Position numbers and translations under genes: made by a program. The notes beneath the pieces are model-generated. The model worked only from the letters and a program-made list of their open reading frames with translations, was not told where the DNA came from and did not search any database. Shown in pieces: positions 1-8,796 of a stretch of 27,667 bases of DNA (positions within the stretch are counted from its first letter, which is position 1; every line of letters starts with the position of its first letter). Origin of the DNA: Candidatus Aenigmatarchaeota archaeon (lineage in GTDB: Archaea > Aenigmatarchaeota > Aenigmatarchaeia > CG10238-14 > SCSR01); the NCBI GenBank assembly GCA_038998365.1, contig JAVZHJ010000001.1:1-27667 (forward strand), read 5' to 3'.

Positions 1-372
1 AAGCAGTTCAAGTTTTTCTTCCTCTTCTGGTGATTTATGTGCTATCCCAAGATATAGCCCGACATATGTTGCCAAATATTCTGATGCAGCATAAAATAGA
101 AGAACTGAAGGAAAAACTGGATAAAGAACAAGAAGTAAAGATAATTTTGTAATTAAAATACAGGCTAATTTTTTCATTTGATGATAGTTCTCTATCAAGA
201 TATATTCCAATTTATCTTTAATATCTGGGAGGAGAATGTGTAGCTTAGTATCTCCAAGAAAATTTATTTTTTCCCCCAAACTTACTATTCTCCCCAAATC
301 TTCTGCACATTTTTCTGTACCAATGCTTGGCAGAATATATAGCAAATATTCATTTAAACTATCTCTAACCAT
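1..372 (-). CDS. Hypothetical protein, truncated at the left window edge (MVRDSLNEYLLYILPSIG...), with one hydrophobic segment
   Basis: Manual translation: ATG at 372-370 preceded by GTGGAGAA (SD-like), then 124 codons with no stop to position 1. Absent from the ORF track because its stop lies outside the window. Confidence 0.6.
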   Translation of the reverse strand, partial: MVRDSLNEYLLYILPSIGTEKCAEDLGRIVSLGEKINFLGDTKLHILLPDIKDKLEYILIENYHQMKKLACILITKLSLLLVLYPVFPSVLLFYAASEYLATYVGLYLGIAHKSPEEEEKLELL

Positions 373-439
373 TTCTCCACTAATTATTGGAAAAGAACGA
401 AAGGTTAAATTCTTTACTCTGCAACACAAATAGATTTAT

Positions 440-1309
440 ATGTTTGAAGTTGTAGGCTTTTTAATCGCTTTTTTGGGTTCTTCTTTAGCCGCAGCTTTTG
501 ACCTTAAGATAACACCAACAGAAATTCCTGACGAAATACCACATACCATGATAGCCTTAGCTCTAATTTTATCTTGCTTTCAAAGCTTACTCGAATTCAG
601 CTTTTCTCCTTTAATTGAAAGTTTGTTGTACGGCTTTTCCCTTCTTGCTTTTGGCTTTTTGATGTATCGCTTAGGCCAATGGGGAGGAGGTGATGCTAAA
701 GTCTTGGCAGCTATTGGCTTTTTCACTCCTTTCATTTCACCTTTAACCAAAAACCTTTTATTGCCTTTTGCTTTCAGCTATCTTGTGAATGTTTTTATTG
801 TAGGAGCAGCTTACATGCTTTTTTACGCTTTTGTTCTCGCAGCTCTAAACAAAAAAATTATCACAGAATTCTTGAAAAGCGTTAAGTCTAGCTGTAAGAT
901 CATAGCAATTTCAATGGTAGCTTTGCTTCTTCTGTTCTGCTCAACAAACATTCTGCTCTTCAACTTTTTTGGTTTGTCAGCAGATTTTTATTCCATATTC
1001 TCAAATTCCCTCTTGCTCTTGATCTTGACTTTGAGCTTGTTCTTGATCTGGATTTTCGTTAAGACGGTTGAAGACAAAGCTTTCAAGAGAAGAATTCCTA
1101 TTTCTAAGCTTAAAGTTGGAGATGTTCTGCTAGAAAGCAAGCTTTGGGAAGGTATAACTGAAAAAGAGATCAAGAAAATTAAAAAATCGGGGAAAAAATC
1201 AGTTTGGATTAAGGAAGGCGTGAGATTTGCACCTACTTTTCCTTTGGCTCTAATTTTCACTTTGTTATTTGGAGACTTAATTTTATTTTTGTTTTCTTTG
1301 ATTGGCTAA
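440..1309 (+). CDS. Prepilin/preflagellin peptidase, A24 family (class III signal peptidase)
   Basis: Multi-TM protein with N-terminal Asp motif (AAAFDLK) and GxGD motif (WGGGDAK); C-terminal ...VRFAPTFPLAL...GD is typical of archaeal A24 peptidases. Confidence 0.85.
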   Translation: MFEVVGFLIAFLGSSLAAAFDLKITPTEIPDEIPHTMIALALILSCFQSLLEFSFSPLIESLLYGFSLLAFGFLMYRLGQWGGGDAKVLAAIGFFTPFISPLTKNLLLPFAFSYLVNVFIVGAAYMLFYAFVLAALNKKIITEFLKSVKSSCKIIAISMVALLLLFCSTNILLFNFFGLSADFYSIFSNSLLLLILTLSLFLIWIFVKTVEDKAFKRRIPISKLKVGDVLLESKLWEGITEKEIKKIKKSGKKSVWIKEGVRFAPTFPLALIFTLLFGDLILFLFSLIG

Positions 1310-1864
1310 AAAATCTCCCCAGTTATTGGTATAAATTGGTTTTTTATTAGGCGTGAGTGGAATGTCATACATTCTTGCTGTTAGTCTCATTTCCTTATCT
1401 CTTGTTATTAGTCCAGAATTTTCAAAAATAACTTGTGAGATGATTTGAGCATCGTTTGGGTCTAAATTCTTTTCGATAGAATCTATCAAAAGTTCTTTAT
1501 CACCATAAAAATTAGATTTTTCGATAACTTCTTTCCAATTTTTACAAGGTCTTCCCAAAATTCTTACATTTTCTCTGTTCAAAAGTTTTATAACTTTTTC
1601 ATATTTCTCTTGAACTATATAGCCGTAGATATCTTTTACTGTAGATAAAGTTTCTTCTAAGACTATTCTATAAATTGTTATCAACCTATTACTAAAAATT
1701 TTTTTATATTTTCTCTCGCCATCATTTCTATTTTTCAAAACATCAAGAATTATGTTAGTGTCTATGGCGAATATTGCCCTATTATCTTCAAATCTTCTCA
1801 AATTGTAATCTATGAATGAATATCTAAGCCTTCTCAAAGTTTCTTCAAAAAGTTCATTTTCCAT
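1283..1864 (-). CDS. PIN-domain (VapC-like) nuclease
   Basis: IDTNIILD, VLEE, NDAQI and LITRD place the acidic PIN active-site residues. AT-rich (13/60 G+C in line 1681). Confidence 0.75.
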   Translation of the reverse strand: MENELFEETLRRLRYSFIDYNLRRFEDNRAIFAIDTNIILDVLKNRNDGERKYKKIFSNRLITIYRIVLEETLSTVKDIYGYIVQEKYEKVIKLLNRENVRILGRPCKNWKEVIEKSNFYGDKELLIDSIEKNLDPNDAQIISQVIFENSGLITRDKEMRLTARMYDIPLTPNKKPIYTNNWGDFLANQRKQK

Positions 1865-1881
1865 AAATTATTTAAAAGAAC

Positions 1882-2452
1882 CTAGTATTTTATTTTTTTC
1901 TCAAATTTTCTCTCTATGATTGAAAACAAACTCTTCAATTCTTCATCTTTTAGAATTGATCTTACATCATTTAGAAAAATTGAAAATTTTTCCTTTTCAT
2001 AACCTTCTTCTTTGTATTCCAAGGCCTGAATTCCCATTTCTAGTTTTTCCAGCTGCTTAACAAGCTTTGCCTCTTCACTTTTCTGTTCTATGAATTCTTT
2101 CCAAATAGAAAAATATTTTTCTTTTAAGTCATTTGGAAGAAGCGAAAGAATTTTTTCCATGGCTTCATTTTCTTTTTGTTTCAATTTTTTCCAAACCTAA
2201 TTTTTTCTTTGCAAAATTGTCCCAATCACCAATTAAAGCTTCTGCTAAATCATGAATTAATGCCATCCTAACCATTTTTTCCGTGTCAAGTTTTTTAATG
2301 TCAGAAAAAATCATGCAAAGAACCGCACTCCTAAAACTATGTTCAGCCACAGATTCTGGGTTTTCTATGCCGACATTAGTTACCCAGCCTGTTCTTTCTA
2401 TCTTTTTCAATTTTCCAATTGTTTTGAAAAACTCAATCAATTCTTCATTCAT
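1882..2452 (-). pseudogene. HD-domain hydrolase (YfbR/HDDC2-like 5'-deoxynucleotidase family), split by a +1 frameshift
   Basis: ORF 2165..2452 (RTGW, ESVAEHSFR, IHDLAE..GD) and ORF 1882..2184 (KENEAM, KLEM) are consecutive halves of one protein. Removing one A from the A6 run (T6 at 2185-2190) gives one 189-aa frame. Confidence 0.8.
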
Positions 2453-3735
2453 TTCTTTTTCTCCAATCTTTCAATCCCATTCATGTATGGCCTTAAGACT
2501 TTTGGAATTACCACACTTCCATCTTTTTGCTGGAATTGCTCAATTATAGCTATCATTGTCCTGCTTGTTGCTAAGGCTGTGTTGTTCAAAGTGTGTACAA
2601 AGCCGGCTGGCGGCTTTCCAGGACCTTCTCTATATCGAATGTTAAGCCTGCGGGCTTGATAATCTGTGCAATTAGAATTTGAACCGGTTTCCCTAAACTT
2701 GCCGTCAGCCATCCAGCATTCAATATCATACTTTTTAGCAGCTATAGTTCCTATGTCGCCAGTGCAAATGTTGACAACACGATAATGTAAGCCAAGCTGC
2801 TGGTAAAGCTCTTCTGAATTCCTTTGCAATTCTTCATGGATTTCCCAGCTTTGCTCTGGCAAGCAAAAAACAAATTGCTCTATTTTGTTGAACTGATGCA
2901 TTCTGAACAAGCCTTTGGTGAATTTTCCATGCGTGCCAATTTCTTTCCTGAAGCAAGGTGAAATGCCGCAAAGCCTTAAGGGCAAATCTTTTTTATCAAA
3001 AACTTCCCCCATGAACATTGCTCCCAATGGATGTTCAGCAGTTGCTATAAGATACAAAGGCTCTCCTTCAATTTTGTAAGTCACCATTTCAAAATCGCTT
3101 GGGTCTATCATACCTTCGTAAGCTTTCCTGTTTATCATGTAAGGTGGCTCGACCAAGATAAAACCTTTCTTCCTAAGAAAATCTATAGCAAATTTTTGTA
3201 TTGCTAGATCAAGCAGAACAAGCTCTTCTTTAAGGTAGAAGAAACCTGCTCCTGCAGCTCTCGCTGCTCTCTCTTGATCAATTAGGCCCAAGTTTTTCAG
3301 TATCTCCAAATGATCTTTGGGTTTGAAATCAAATTTTGGTGGTGAGCCCCATCTTCTTATTTCAACGTTATCGTTTTCATCTTTACCATAAGGCACACTC
3401 TCGTGTAAAAGATTTGGTAAGCTTAGTAAACCTTTCCTGATTTCTTCTTGCAGTTTTTCAGCTTCTCCTTCAAGCTCTTTTATTTTTTCAGGAATTTTTT
3501 CCGCTTCTTTCAAAAGCTTTTCCGCATCTTTCTTCTCTTTCTTCCTGATGGCAATTTCTCTGCTCAATTCATTTCTCCTTTTCCTCAAATTGTTGATTTC
3601 TGTTTGTAGTTTTCTCCATTCTTTATCGGCAGAAATAACTTTATCCAAAAGCTTCAGCTTTTCAGGATCTTGCCTTCTTTCGAGATTTTTTCTCACCAGC
3701 TCAGGGTTTTCCCTTATAAGCTTGATATCAAGCAT
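2449..3735 (-). CDS. serS: Serine--tRNA ligase
   Basis: MLDIKLIRENPE N-terminal coiled coil, LIATAE, motif 2 FRKE..GLFRMHQFNKIEQF, SNSNCTDYQARRL, TLNNTALATSR. Confidence 0.98.
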   Translation of the reverse strand: MLDIKLIRENPELVRKNLERRQDPEKLKLLDKVISADKEWRKLQTEINNLRKRRNELSREIAIRKKEKKDAEKLLKEAEKIPEKIKELEGEAEKLQEEIRKGLLSLPNLLHESVPYGKDENDNVEIRRWGSPPKFDFKPKDHLEILKNLGLIDQERAARAAGAGFFYLKEELVLLDLAIQKFAIDFLRKKGFILVEPPYMINRKAYEGMIDPSDFEMVTYKIEGEPLYLIATAEHPLGAMFMGEVFDKKDLPLRLCGISPCFRKEIGTHGKFTKGLFRMHQFNKIEQFVFCLPEQSWEIHEELQRNSEELYQQLGLHYRVVNICTGDIGTIAAKKYDIECWMADGKFRETGSNSNCTDYQARRLNIRYREGPGKPPAGFVHTLNNTALATSRTMIAIIEQFQQKDGSVVIPKVLRPYMNGIERLEKKK

Positions 3736-3783
3736 GTTTTCCCTACTAATTTTTCTTAATCTTTGAAGTTTAAATAATATTTT

Positions 3784-5073
3784 ATGAAGCTGAAAAGAGA
3801 GTTAGGCTTGCTGGAAACAACTTTTTATGGAATTGGAGTAATAATTGGAGCTGGAATTTTTGCTTTGATTGGGGAAGCCGCAGGCTTGGCAGGAAACTCT
3901 GTTTGGATTTCTTTCTTGATCGGTGCTTTTATTGCTATTTTCACAGGCTTAACCTATGCTGAGCTTTCTGCCATGTATCCAAAAGCAGGAGCTGTTTTTG
4001 TTTATGTCAAAAAAGCTTATGGCAGCGAATTTTGGGCTTTCTTGATAGGCTGGCTTTTGATCTTTGCTCTTATTTCCGGAATAGCAGCAGTTTCTCTTGG
4101 CTTCTCAGGCTATTTCACAAAACTTTTTGGGGCTGAAGGATTTTTGGCAAGAACAATTGTTTCAATTCTTCTCATCATTGCTCTTTCTTTCTTGAATTTC
4201 TTGGGGATAAAGGAAAGCTCAAGATTTTTCATAACCACATCTTTTATAGTTACACTAAGCTTAATTGCCATAATTTTCCTAGGGTTTTTTGGCGCTCCTT
4301 TAAATCCTCAAAAATATTTTGAAGCCCCAAGCTTGACAGGAGTTTTCTCAGCAGCAGCTTTGGTTTTCTTCGCTTACCTTGGCTTTGAGGATATAGTCAA
4401 CTTAGCAGAAGAAACTAAGAAGCCTAAAAAGATAATTCCCCTAGCTTTAATTCTTTCCGTAGTGATAACAACTTTAATCTATGTTCTGGTTTCAATGGCT
4501 GTTTTAAATGTTGTAAGTTGGGAAGAACTTTCTCAATCACCAGCTCCTTTGGCTCTAGCTGCTTCTAAAGTTTTTGGAGACAAAGCTTTTGTCATAATTT
4601 CACTTTCAGCTCTTTTAACTACTGCCGACACTTCTTTAGGACTTATGCTCGCAGCTTCTAGAATGCTTTATGGCATGGCAAAAGAAAATTCCCTCCCAAA
4701 AATTTTGTCAAAAGTTCATGAAAAAAGAAAAACACCATACTTTGCAGTTTTTGCAATTGCAATTTTATCCACAGCCTTTGTTTTCCTTAGAGACATAGAA
4801 AAAGTTGCGAAGATAACAAGTTTAGCTTCACTTCTTGCTTTCATAGCAGCAAACCTTTCTTTGATTCACTTGAGGTTCATGAAGCCTAAAATGAAAAGAA
4901 GTTTTATGGCTCCTTTAAACATAGGAAAATTCCCGCTCACAGCTTTTTTTGGCACTATATCTTGCATGGCTTTGCTTGGTTATTTTGAAATAGAGTTAAT
5001 TTTGTTAACTCTTGTAGTTTTAATTGCAGGCTCAGCAATTTTTGCTTTCAGAAAATTGAAGAAAAAGCATTAA
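3784..5073 (+). CDS. APC-family amino acid permease
   Basis: LKRELGL, GVIIGAGIF, YAELSAMYPKAG, FFAYLGFEDIVNLAEETKKP, ASRMLYGMA; about 12 TM segments. Confidence 0.92.
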   Translation: MKLKRELGLLETTFYGIGVIIGAGIFALIGEAAGLAGNSVWISFLIGAFIAIFTGLTYAELSAMYPKAGAVFVYVKKAYGSEFWAFLIGWLLIFALISGIAAVSLGFSGYFTKLFGAEGFLARTIVSILLIIALSFLNFLGIKESSRFFITTSFIVTLSLIAIIFLGFFGAPLNPQKYFEAPSLTGVFSAAALVFFAYLGFEDIVNLAEETKKPKKIIPLALILSVVITTLIYVLVSMAVLNVVSWEELSQSPAPLALAASKVFGDKAFVIISLSALLTTADTSLGLMLAASRMLYGMAKENSLPKILSKVHEKRKTPYFAVFAIAILSTAFVFLRDIEKVAKITSLASLLAFIAANLSLIHLRFMKPKMKRSFMAPLNIGKFPLTAFFGTISCMALLGYFEIELILLTLVVLIAGSAIFAFRKLKKKH

Positions 5074-5074
5074 G

Positions 5075-6163
5075 CTACCTTGTTATCTTGAATCCTTTAA
5101 CCAGCTCTAAAAGCTCTTTGGCCTTTGAATTCTTCTCAAAGTGATCCCTAACAGGCTTTATCATTTGGTCTAGATAATCAGCTACAGCGTTCTTCAAATC
5201 TAGGGGATGGAGCTCTCCTTGCTTGAAAGCTTTCTCAACTTCTTCATAAGATTTGAACTCTATAGCCCCACCAAATTTTAATGGTCTCTCAACTTTCATG
5301 CTCTTGAACTTTCTGAATATCAAATGCTTTGTGTAATCCAAAACTGGATTGTTCTCAGCTACTTTTTCAGGGCAATAAGCATTTTTAATTTTTTTGAAAA
5401 TTTCCTCTCTGCTATCGTGCATGAAGATTGCGCTCGAAGGCTTGCTCTTGCTCATCTTTGAGCTTATTGCTATGTCTATTGCTTTAATTTCATCAAAACC
5501 TTCAGGCTGCTTCACACCTTCCAAGCCCATGAGCATATGATGGCTTACCACTACAGGCTTCCACCAACCAAGCTTTGGCCCAATCTCGCGAGCCAACATG
5601 TTTGCTCTTCTTTGGTCTAAGCCTAATTGACAAATGTCAACTTGCAATTCAAAAATATCAGCAACTTGCATCGCAGGGTAAAAATATTGGGCAACTTCTT
5701 TAAGCTCACCAGCTTTCCTTCCCATTATGCTTAAAGCTCTATTTGCTCTGTTAACTGTGACATTTTTTGCTATCAAGATGACTTTCTTCCAATATTCTTT
5801 TCTGCTCGCCAAATCGCTGGCCCAAACAAACTCAACTTTTTTTGTGTCTACACCTGCAGCTTTCCAGACTTCTATGAAGTATTCGCCAGCAAGCTTTATT
5901 TTTTCTAAGTCGCCACCAAGCTTGTTGTTTATCCAAGCAAAGTAGTCCGCAAGGTAAAGCTTGAAGTGAATTCCAGCTTTTAGCAAATCTTCTATAAGCA
6001 TTGGCCTAAAAATTCCAAAAGCTATGTGAGCTAGACCTGAAGGCTCGAAGCCATCATAAGCTACAGGGTGCTCTTTGGTTTCTAGCAATTGCTTGAGCTC
6101 ATCTTCTGTGATTATTTCTTCGCCAACACTTTTAACAAGCTGGAATCTTTCTTCTAAATCCAT
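5075..6163 (-). CDS. tyrS: Tyrosine--tRNA ligase (archaeal type)
   Basis: AYDGFEPSGLAHIA (HIGH-like), YPAMQVADIF, GLDQRR, KMSKS, LHPLDLK. Confidence 0.95.
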   Translation of the reverse strand: MDLEERFQLVKSVGEEIITEDELKQLLETKEHPVAYDGFEPSGLAHIAFGIFRPMLIEDLLKAGIHFKLYLADYFAWINNKLGGDLEKIKLAGEYFIEVWKAAGVDTKKVEFVWASDLASRKEYWKKVILIAKNVTVNRANRALSIMGRKAGELKEVAQYFYPAMQVADIFELQVDICQLGLDQRRANMLAREIGPKLGWWKPVVVSHHMLMGLEGVKQPEGFDEIKAIDIAISSKMSKSKPSSAIFMHDSREEIFKKIKNAYCPEKVAENNPVLDYTKHLIFRKFKSMKVERPLKFGGAIEFKSYEEVEKAFKQGELHPLDLKNAVADYLDQMIKPVRDHFEKNSKAKELLELVKGFKITR

Positions 6164-6271
6164 AAATCAATATAGAATTTGTAATTTTAAATCTTCTTGA
6201 TGATTTTTTGTTAGACGTCAAAATTAAAAAAATAGATAAATAGAAGGAAACCAAAAAATAAAGAAGATTTT

Positions 6272-7537
6272 ATGATTCAATTGAGCTTTTTGGGAGCGAT
6301 GCAAACAGTAGGAGCTTCTGGAATTCTTGTTGATACTGGCACAGAAAAAATTCTGCTTGACTATGGGACAAAAATTAGAGAAGTTCCTCCACAATTTCCA
6401 ATCCCGATTCAAGGAAAGCCTGATGCAATTTTGCTTTCTCACTCGCATCTTGATCATTCAGGCGCAATTGCAATCTTTTCAGCAAATGGTCAAGGCTGCC
6501 CAATTTATTCAATAAACGTGACGAAGCCATTAACAGAACTTTTGCTTTTAGATTCTTTGAAAATAAGCCATGAAGAAGGCGTAAGCTTGCCTTTTAAGAA
6601 GAGAGATGTTGAACAAACTATGAAAAATTTTGTCTTGATTCCCTACAGAAAGCAATTCAAGCTCCGCTCTACAAAATTTGAATTTTTTGATGCTGGCCAC
6701 ATCCCAGGCAGTGCCATGATTCTTTTAAGCTTTGGAAATAAAAACCTTCTTTACACAGGTGATTTGAAAACAACAGACACAAGGCTTCTCAAAAAAGCTG
6801 ATTTGAACTTGCCAAAGATAGACTACTTGATAACAGAATCAACTTATGCTGATAGAGAGCATGCAGACAGAAAATCACAAGAGAAAGAACTGGTGAAAAT
6901 AATAGATGAAACTTTGGCTATGAACGGACATTGCTTGATAGCTGGTTTCGCTGTTGGTAGGCTTCAAGAAATTTTGCTTATCCTAGACAAACATGGAATA
7001 GATTATCCTGTTTATTTAGATGGAATGGCAAAGAAAGCCACAACAATAATAAACCAGCATAAGAGCTTGTTAAAAGAGCCTGAAAGCTTAGACAAAGCTT
7101 TGAAAAGAGTGGAGTATGTGGGCTCAGAGAGATCAAGAAAAAGAGCTTTAAAGAAACCAAGCGTTATCTTGACAACAAGCGGCATGCTTACTGGCGGGCC
7201 AGCAATTTGGTATATCAAGAAGCTTTATGCTGACAGAAGGTCTAGTTTGGTCTTAACCGGATGGCAGCTTGAAGACACTCCTGGCAAAATCTTGCTTGAG
7301 ACCGGCAGACTAATAACAAAAGATTTAGACTTAGAAGTGAAGATGTTTGTGAAGCGATTAGATTTCAGCGCACATGTTGGAAGGAGCGAGCTGTTTGAGT
7401 TCATAGAGAAGCTTAATCCTGAGAAAGTTTTTTGTATTCATGGTGATCACACTGAAGAGTTTGCTTCTGAGCTAAGGAAAAAAGGGTTTGATGCTGTTGC
7501 ACCTTTAGCGAACAATAGAATTTTCAGCCTCAAGTAA
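6272..7537 (+). CDS. MBL-fold beta-CASP ribonuclease (aCPSF-like)
   Basis: VGASG, LLDYG, HSHLDHSG (HxHxDH), AGHIPGS, YTGD, ESTY, FAVGRLQE, DFSAH, IHGD. Confidence 0.93.
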   Translation: MIQLSFLGAMQTVGASGILVDTGTEKILLDYGTKIREVPPQFPIPIQGKPDAILLSHSHLDHSGAIAIFSANGQGCPIYSINVTKPLTELLLLDSLKISHEEGVSLPFKKRDVEQTMKNFVLIPYRKQFKLRSTKFEFFDAGHIPGSAMILLSFGNKNLLYTGDLKTTDTRLLKKADLNLPKIDYLITESTYADREHADRKSQEKELVKIIDETLAMNGHCLIAGFAVGRLQEILLILDKHGIDYPVYLDGMAKKATTIINQHKSLLKEPESLDKALKRVEYVGSERSRKRALKKPSVILTTSGMLTGGPAIWYIKKLYADRRSSLVLTGWQLEDTPGKILLETGRLITKDLDLEVKMFVKRLDFSAHVGRSELFEFIEKLNPEKVFCIHGDHTEEFASELRKKGFDAVAPLANNRIFSLK

Positions 7538-7954
7538 AAAATATGTTTCTTCTTTATTTGATTTTCTATTTCTAATGAAAGTAATAGAGCCTCTATAAAC
7601 ATTAGAATCATATGTATTAAATCTTCCTGTTATTTCGATTTGTTCAATGTAGCCTTCAAGGCTATATGGTATATATCTTACTTGATAAGAATTTGGAATT
7701 CCTATGCCTACTATAACATCCATCAATTGTGATCTCAGACTTGATAAAGCTAGATCAAATAATTTTTTGGCCTCTATATTATTCATCTCACTTGCTTTTA
7801 CTATTCCTCTGTCCCCATACATCTTGTAGTACAAAACTATACGCCGATTCATTTCATTTATACTCTGAGCAATTAACTTTCTGTCTTCTTCTGTGAAATC
7901 AATTCTCATGATTCTTATTTCTTCGGTTTTTCTATTCTGTGTGTTTCTTGACAT
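7505..7954 (-). CDS. Hypothetical protein (149 aa, AT-rich ORFan)
   Basis: Long ORF filling the gap after the beta-CASP gene, overlapping its 3' end by 33 nt. No recognised motif. Confidence 0.6.
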   Translation of the reverse strand: MSRNTQNRKTEEIRIMRIDFTEEDRKLIAQSINEMNRRIVLYYKMYGDRGIVKASEMNNIEAKKLFDLALSSLRSQLMDVIVGIGIPNSYQVRYIPYSLEGYIEQIEITGRFNTYDSNVYRGSITFIRNRKSNKEETYFLLEAENSIVR

Positions 7955-7992
7955 AAACTTTTTATAAACAAAGGTATATATAAAGATTTCGC

Positions 7993-8044
7993 TACTATAG
8001 AATAGTAACGCTTAAATACTAGTAAAGATATAGTAACTACTATA
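7993..8044. promoter_or_regulatory. Three consecutive inverted repeats built on TACT/AGTA half-sites in a divergent intergenic region
   Basis: TACTAT-aga-ATAGTA (7993-8007), TACTAGTA (8017-8024), TATAGTA-ac-TACTATA (8029-8044). Confidence 0.5.
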
Positions 8045-8057
8045 AGGTGACAATCAA

Positions 8058-8306
8058 ATGGCAGATGGAAAAATTCATGAAATAAGAAAGATTGTGGGGA
8101 AAATTGCAGATTACATAGAAGTATTAAAAAAATATCCAGATAAAGAGTTGTGTAGAGAAGCTTTGGAACTCATAAACAGATACTGTCCTCGTAAACATAA
8201 TCCAAATGGAATTAAAGAAAAGAGAATCGAGGGAGATATAGAAAGAGCTCAAAGAATTTTGGGAATAATAGAAAATTTGGGGTTGGAGGAATATGGATAT
8301 CAATGA
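8058..8306 (+). CDS. Hypothetical protein (82 aa)
   Basis: SD-like AAGGTGA upstream of the ATG; overlaps the next gene by 14 nt. Confidence 0.6.
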   Translation: MADGKIHEIRKIVGKIADYIEVLKKYPDKELCREALELINRYCPRKHNPNGIKEKRIEGDIERAQRILGIIENLGLEEYGYQ

Positions 8307-8580
8307 AGAAATTTCATTGTGCTCTGAAAATTATGAAAAATGGAAAGCTTTAGCTTTATCTGCTCAAAACAAAGAAGAGAGCAAGAAATTCTTGGAAAAA
8401 GCTTTCTTCTGGCTTGAGTTGCAATCAGCTTTCATCACACTTTTTGCTGCTGAGCAAGCAAAAGGAAAAGATCCTGCTTTCAAGAGAAAGCTCCTTTTAG
8501 CCAAGACAAAGCTTTCAAAAAAGCTTGCTGAATATGCTGAAAATGTTTTGAATGAAATTGAGGGGAAAATGGAGGGTTGA
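8293..8580 (+). CDS. Hypothetical protein (95 aa, helical)
   Basis: GGAGG upstream of the start; codon usage resembles the housekeeping genes. Confidence 0.7.
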   Translation: MDINEEISLCSENYEKWKALALSAQNKEESKKFLEKAFFWLELQSAFITLFAAEQAKGKDPAFKRKLLLAKTKLSKKLAEYAENVLNEIEGKMEG

Positions 8581-8584
8581 TGTT

Positions 8585-8752
8585 ATGGTTTTATATCATA
8601 TGGATTTCAATCCAAGAAAAGAGGAAGAAGATTTTATAAAAATATTTGGGAAGATTACCGAAAAATATGGAAAAGACTATACATCAACTTTAATTGCCGA
8701 TAAAATAGGCAGTGAAGGGATGTTACACAATTATTTCGCACATCAACTTTAA
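8585..8752 (+). CDS. Hypothetical protein (55 aa)
   Basis: Same frame as track ORF 8552..8752; ATG at 8585 preferred because GGAGG lies at 8571-8575. Confidence 0.5.
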   Translation: MVLYHMDFNPRKEEEDFIKIFGKITEKYGKDYTSTLIADKIGSEGMLHNYFAHQL

Positions 8753-8796
8753 GAATCCAATTAAACTTATTTTCTTTCAATCCCTAATTCTAATTA

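Noticed and set aside
236-433. 65-aa + strand ORF
   Set aside because: Antisense shadow of the longer minus-strand frame 1..372.
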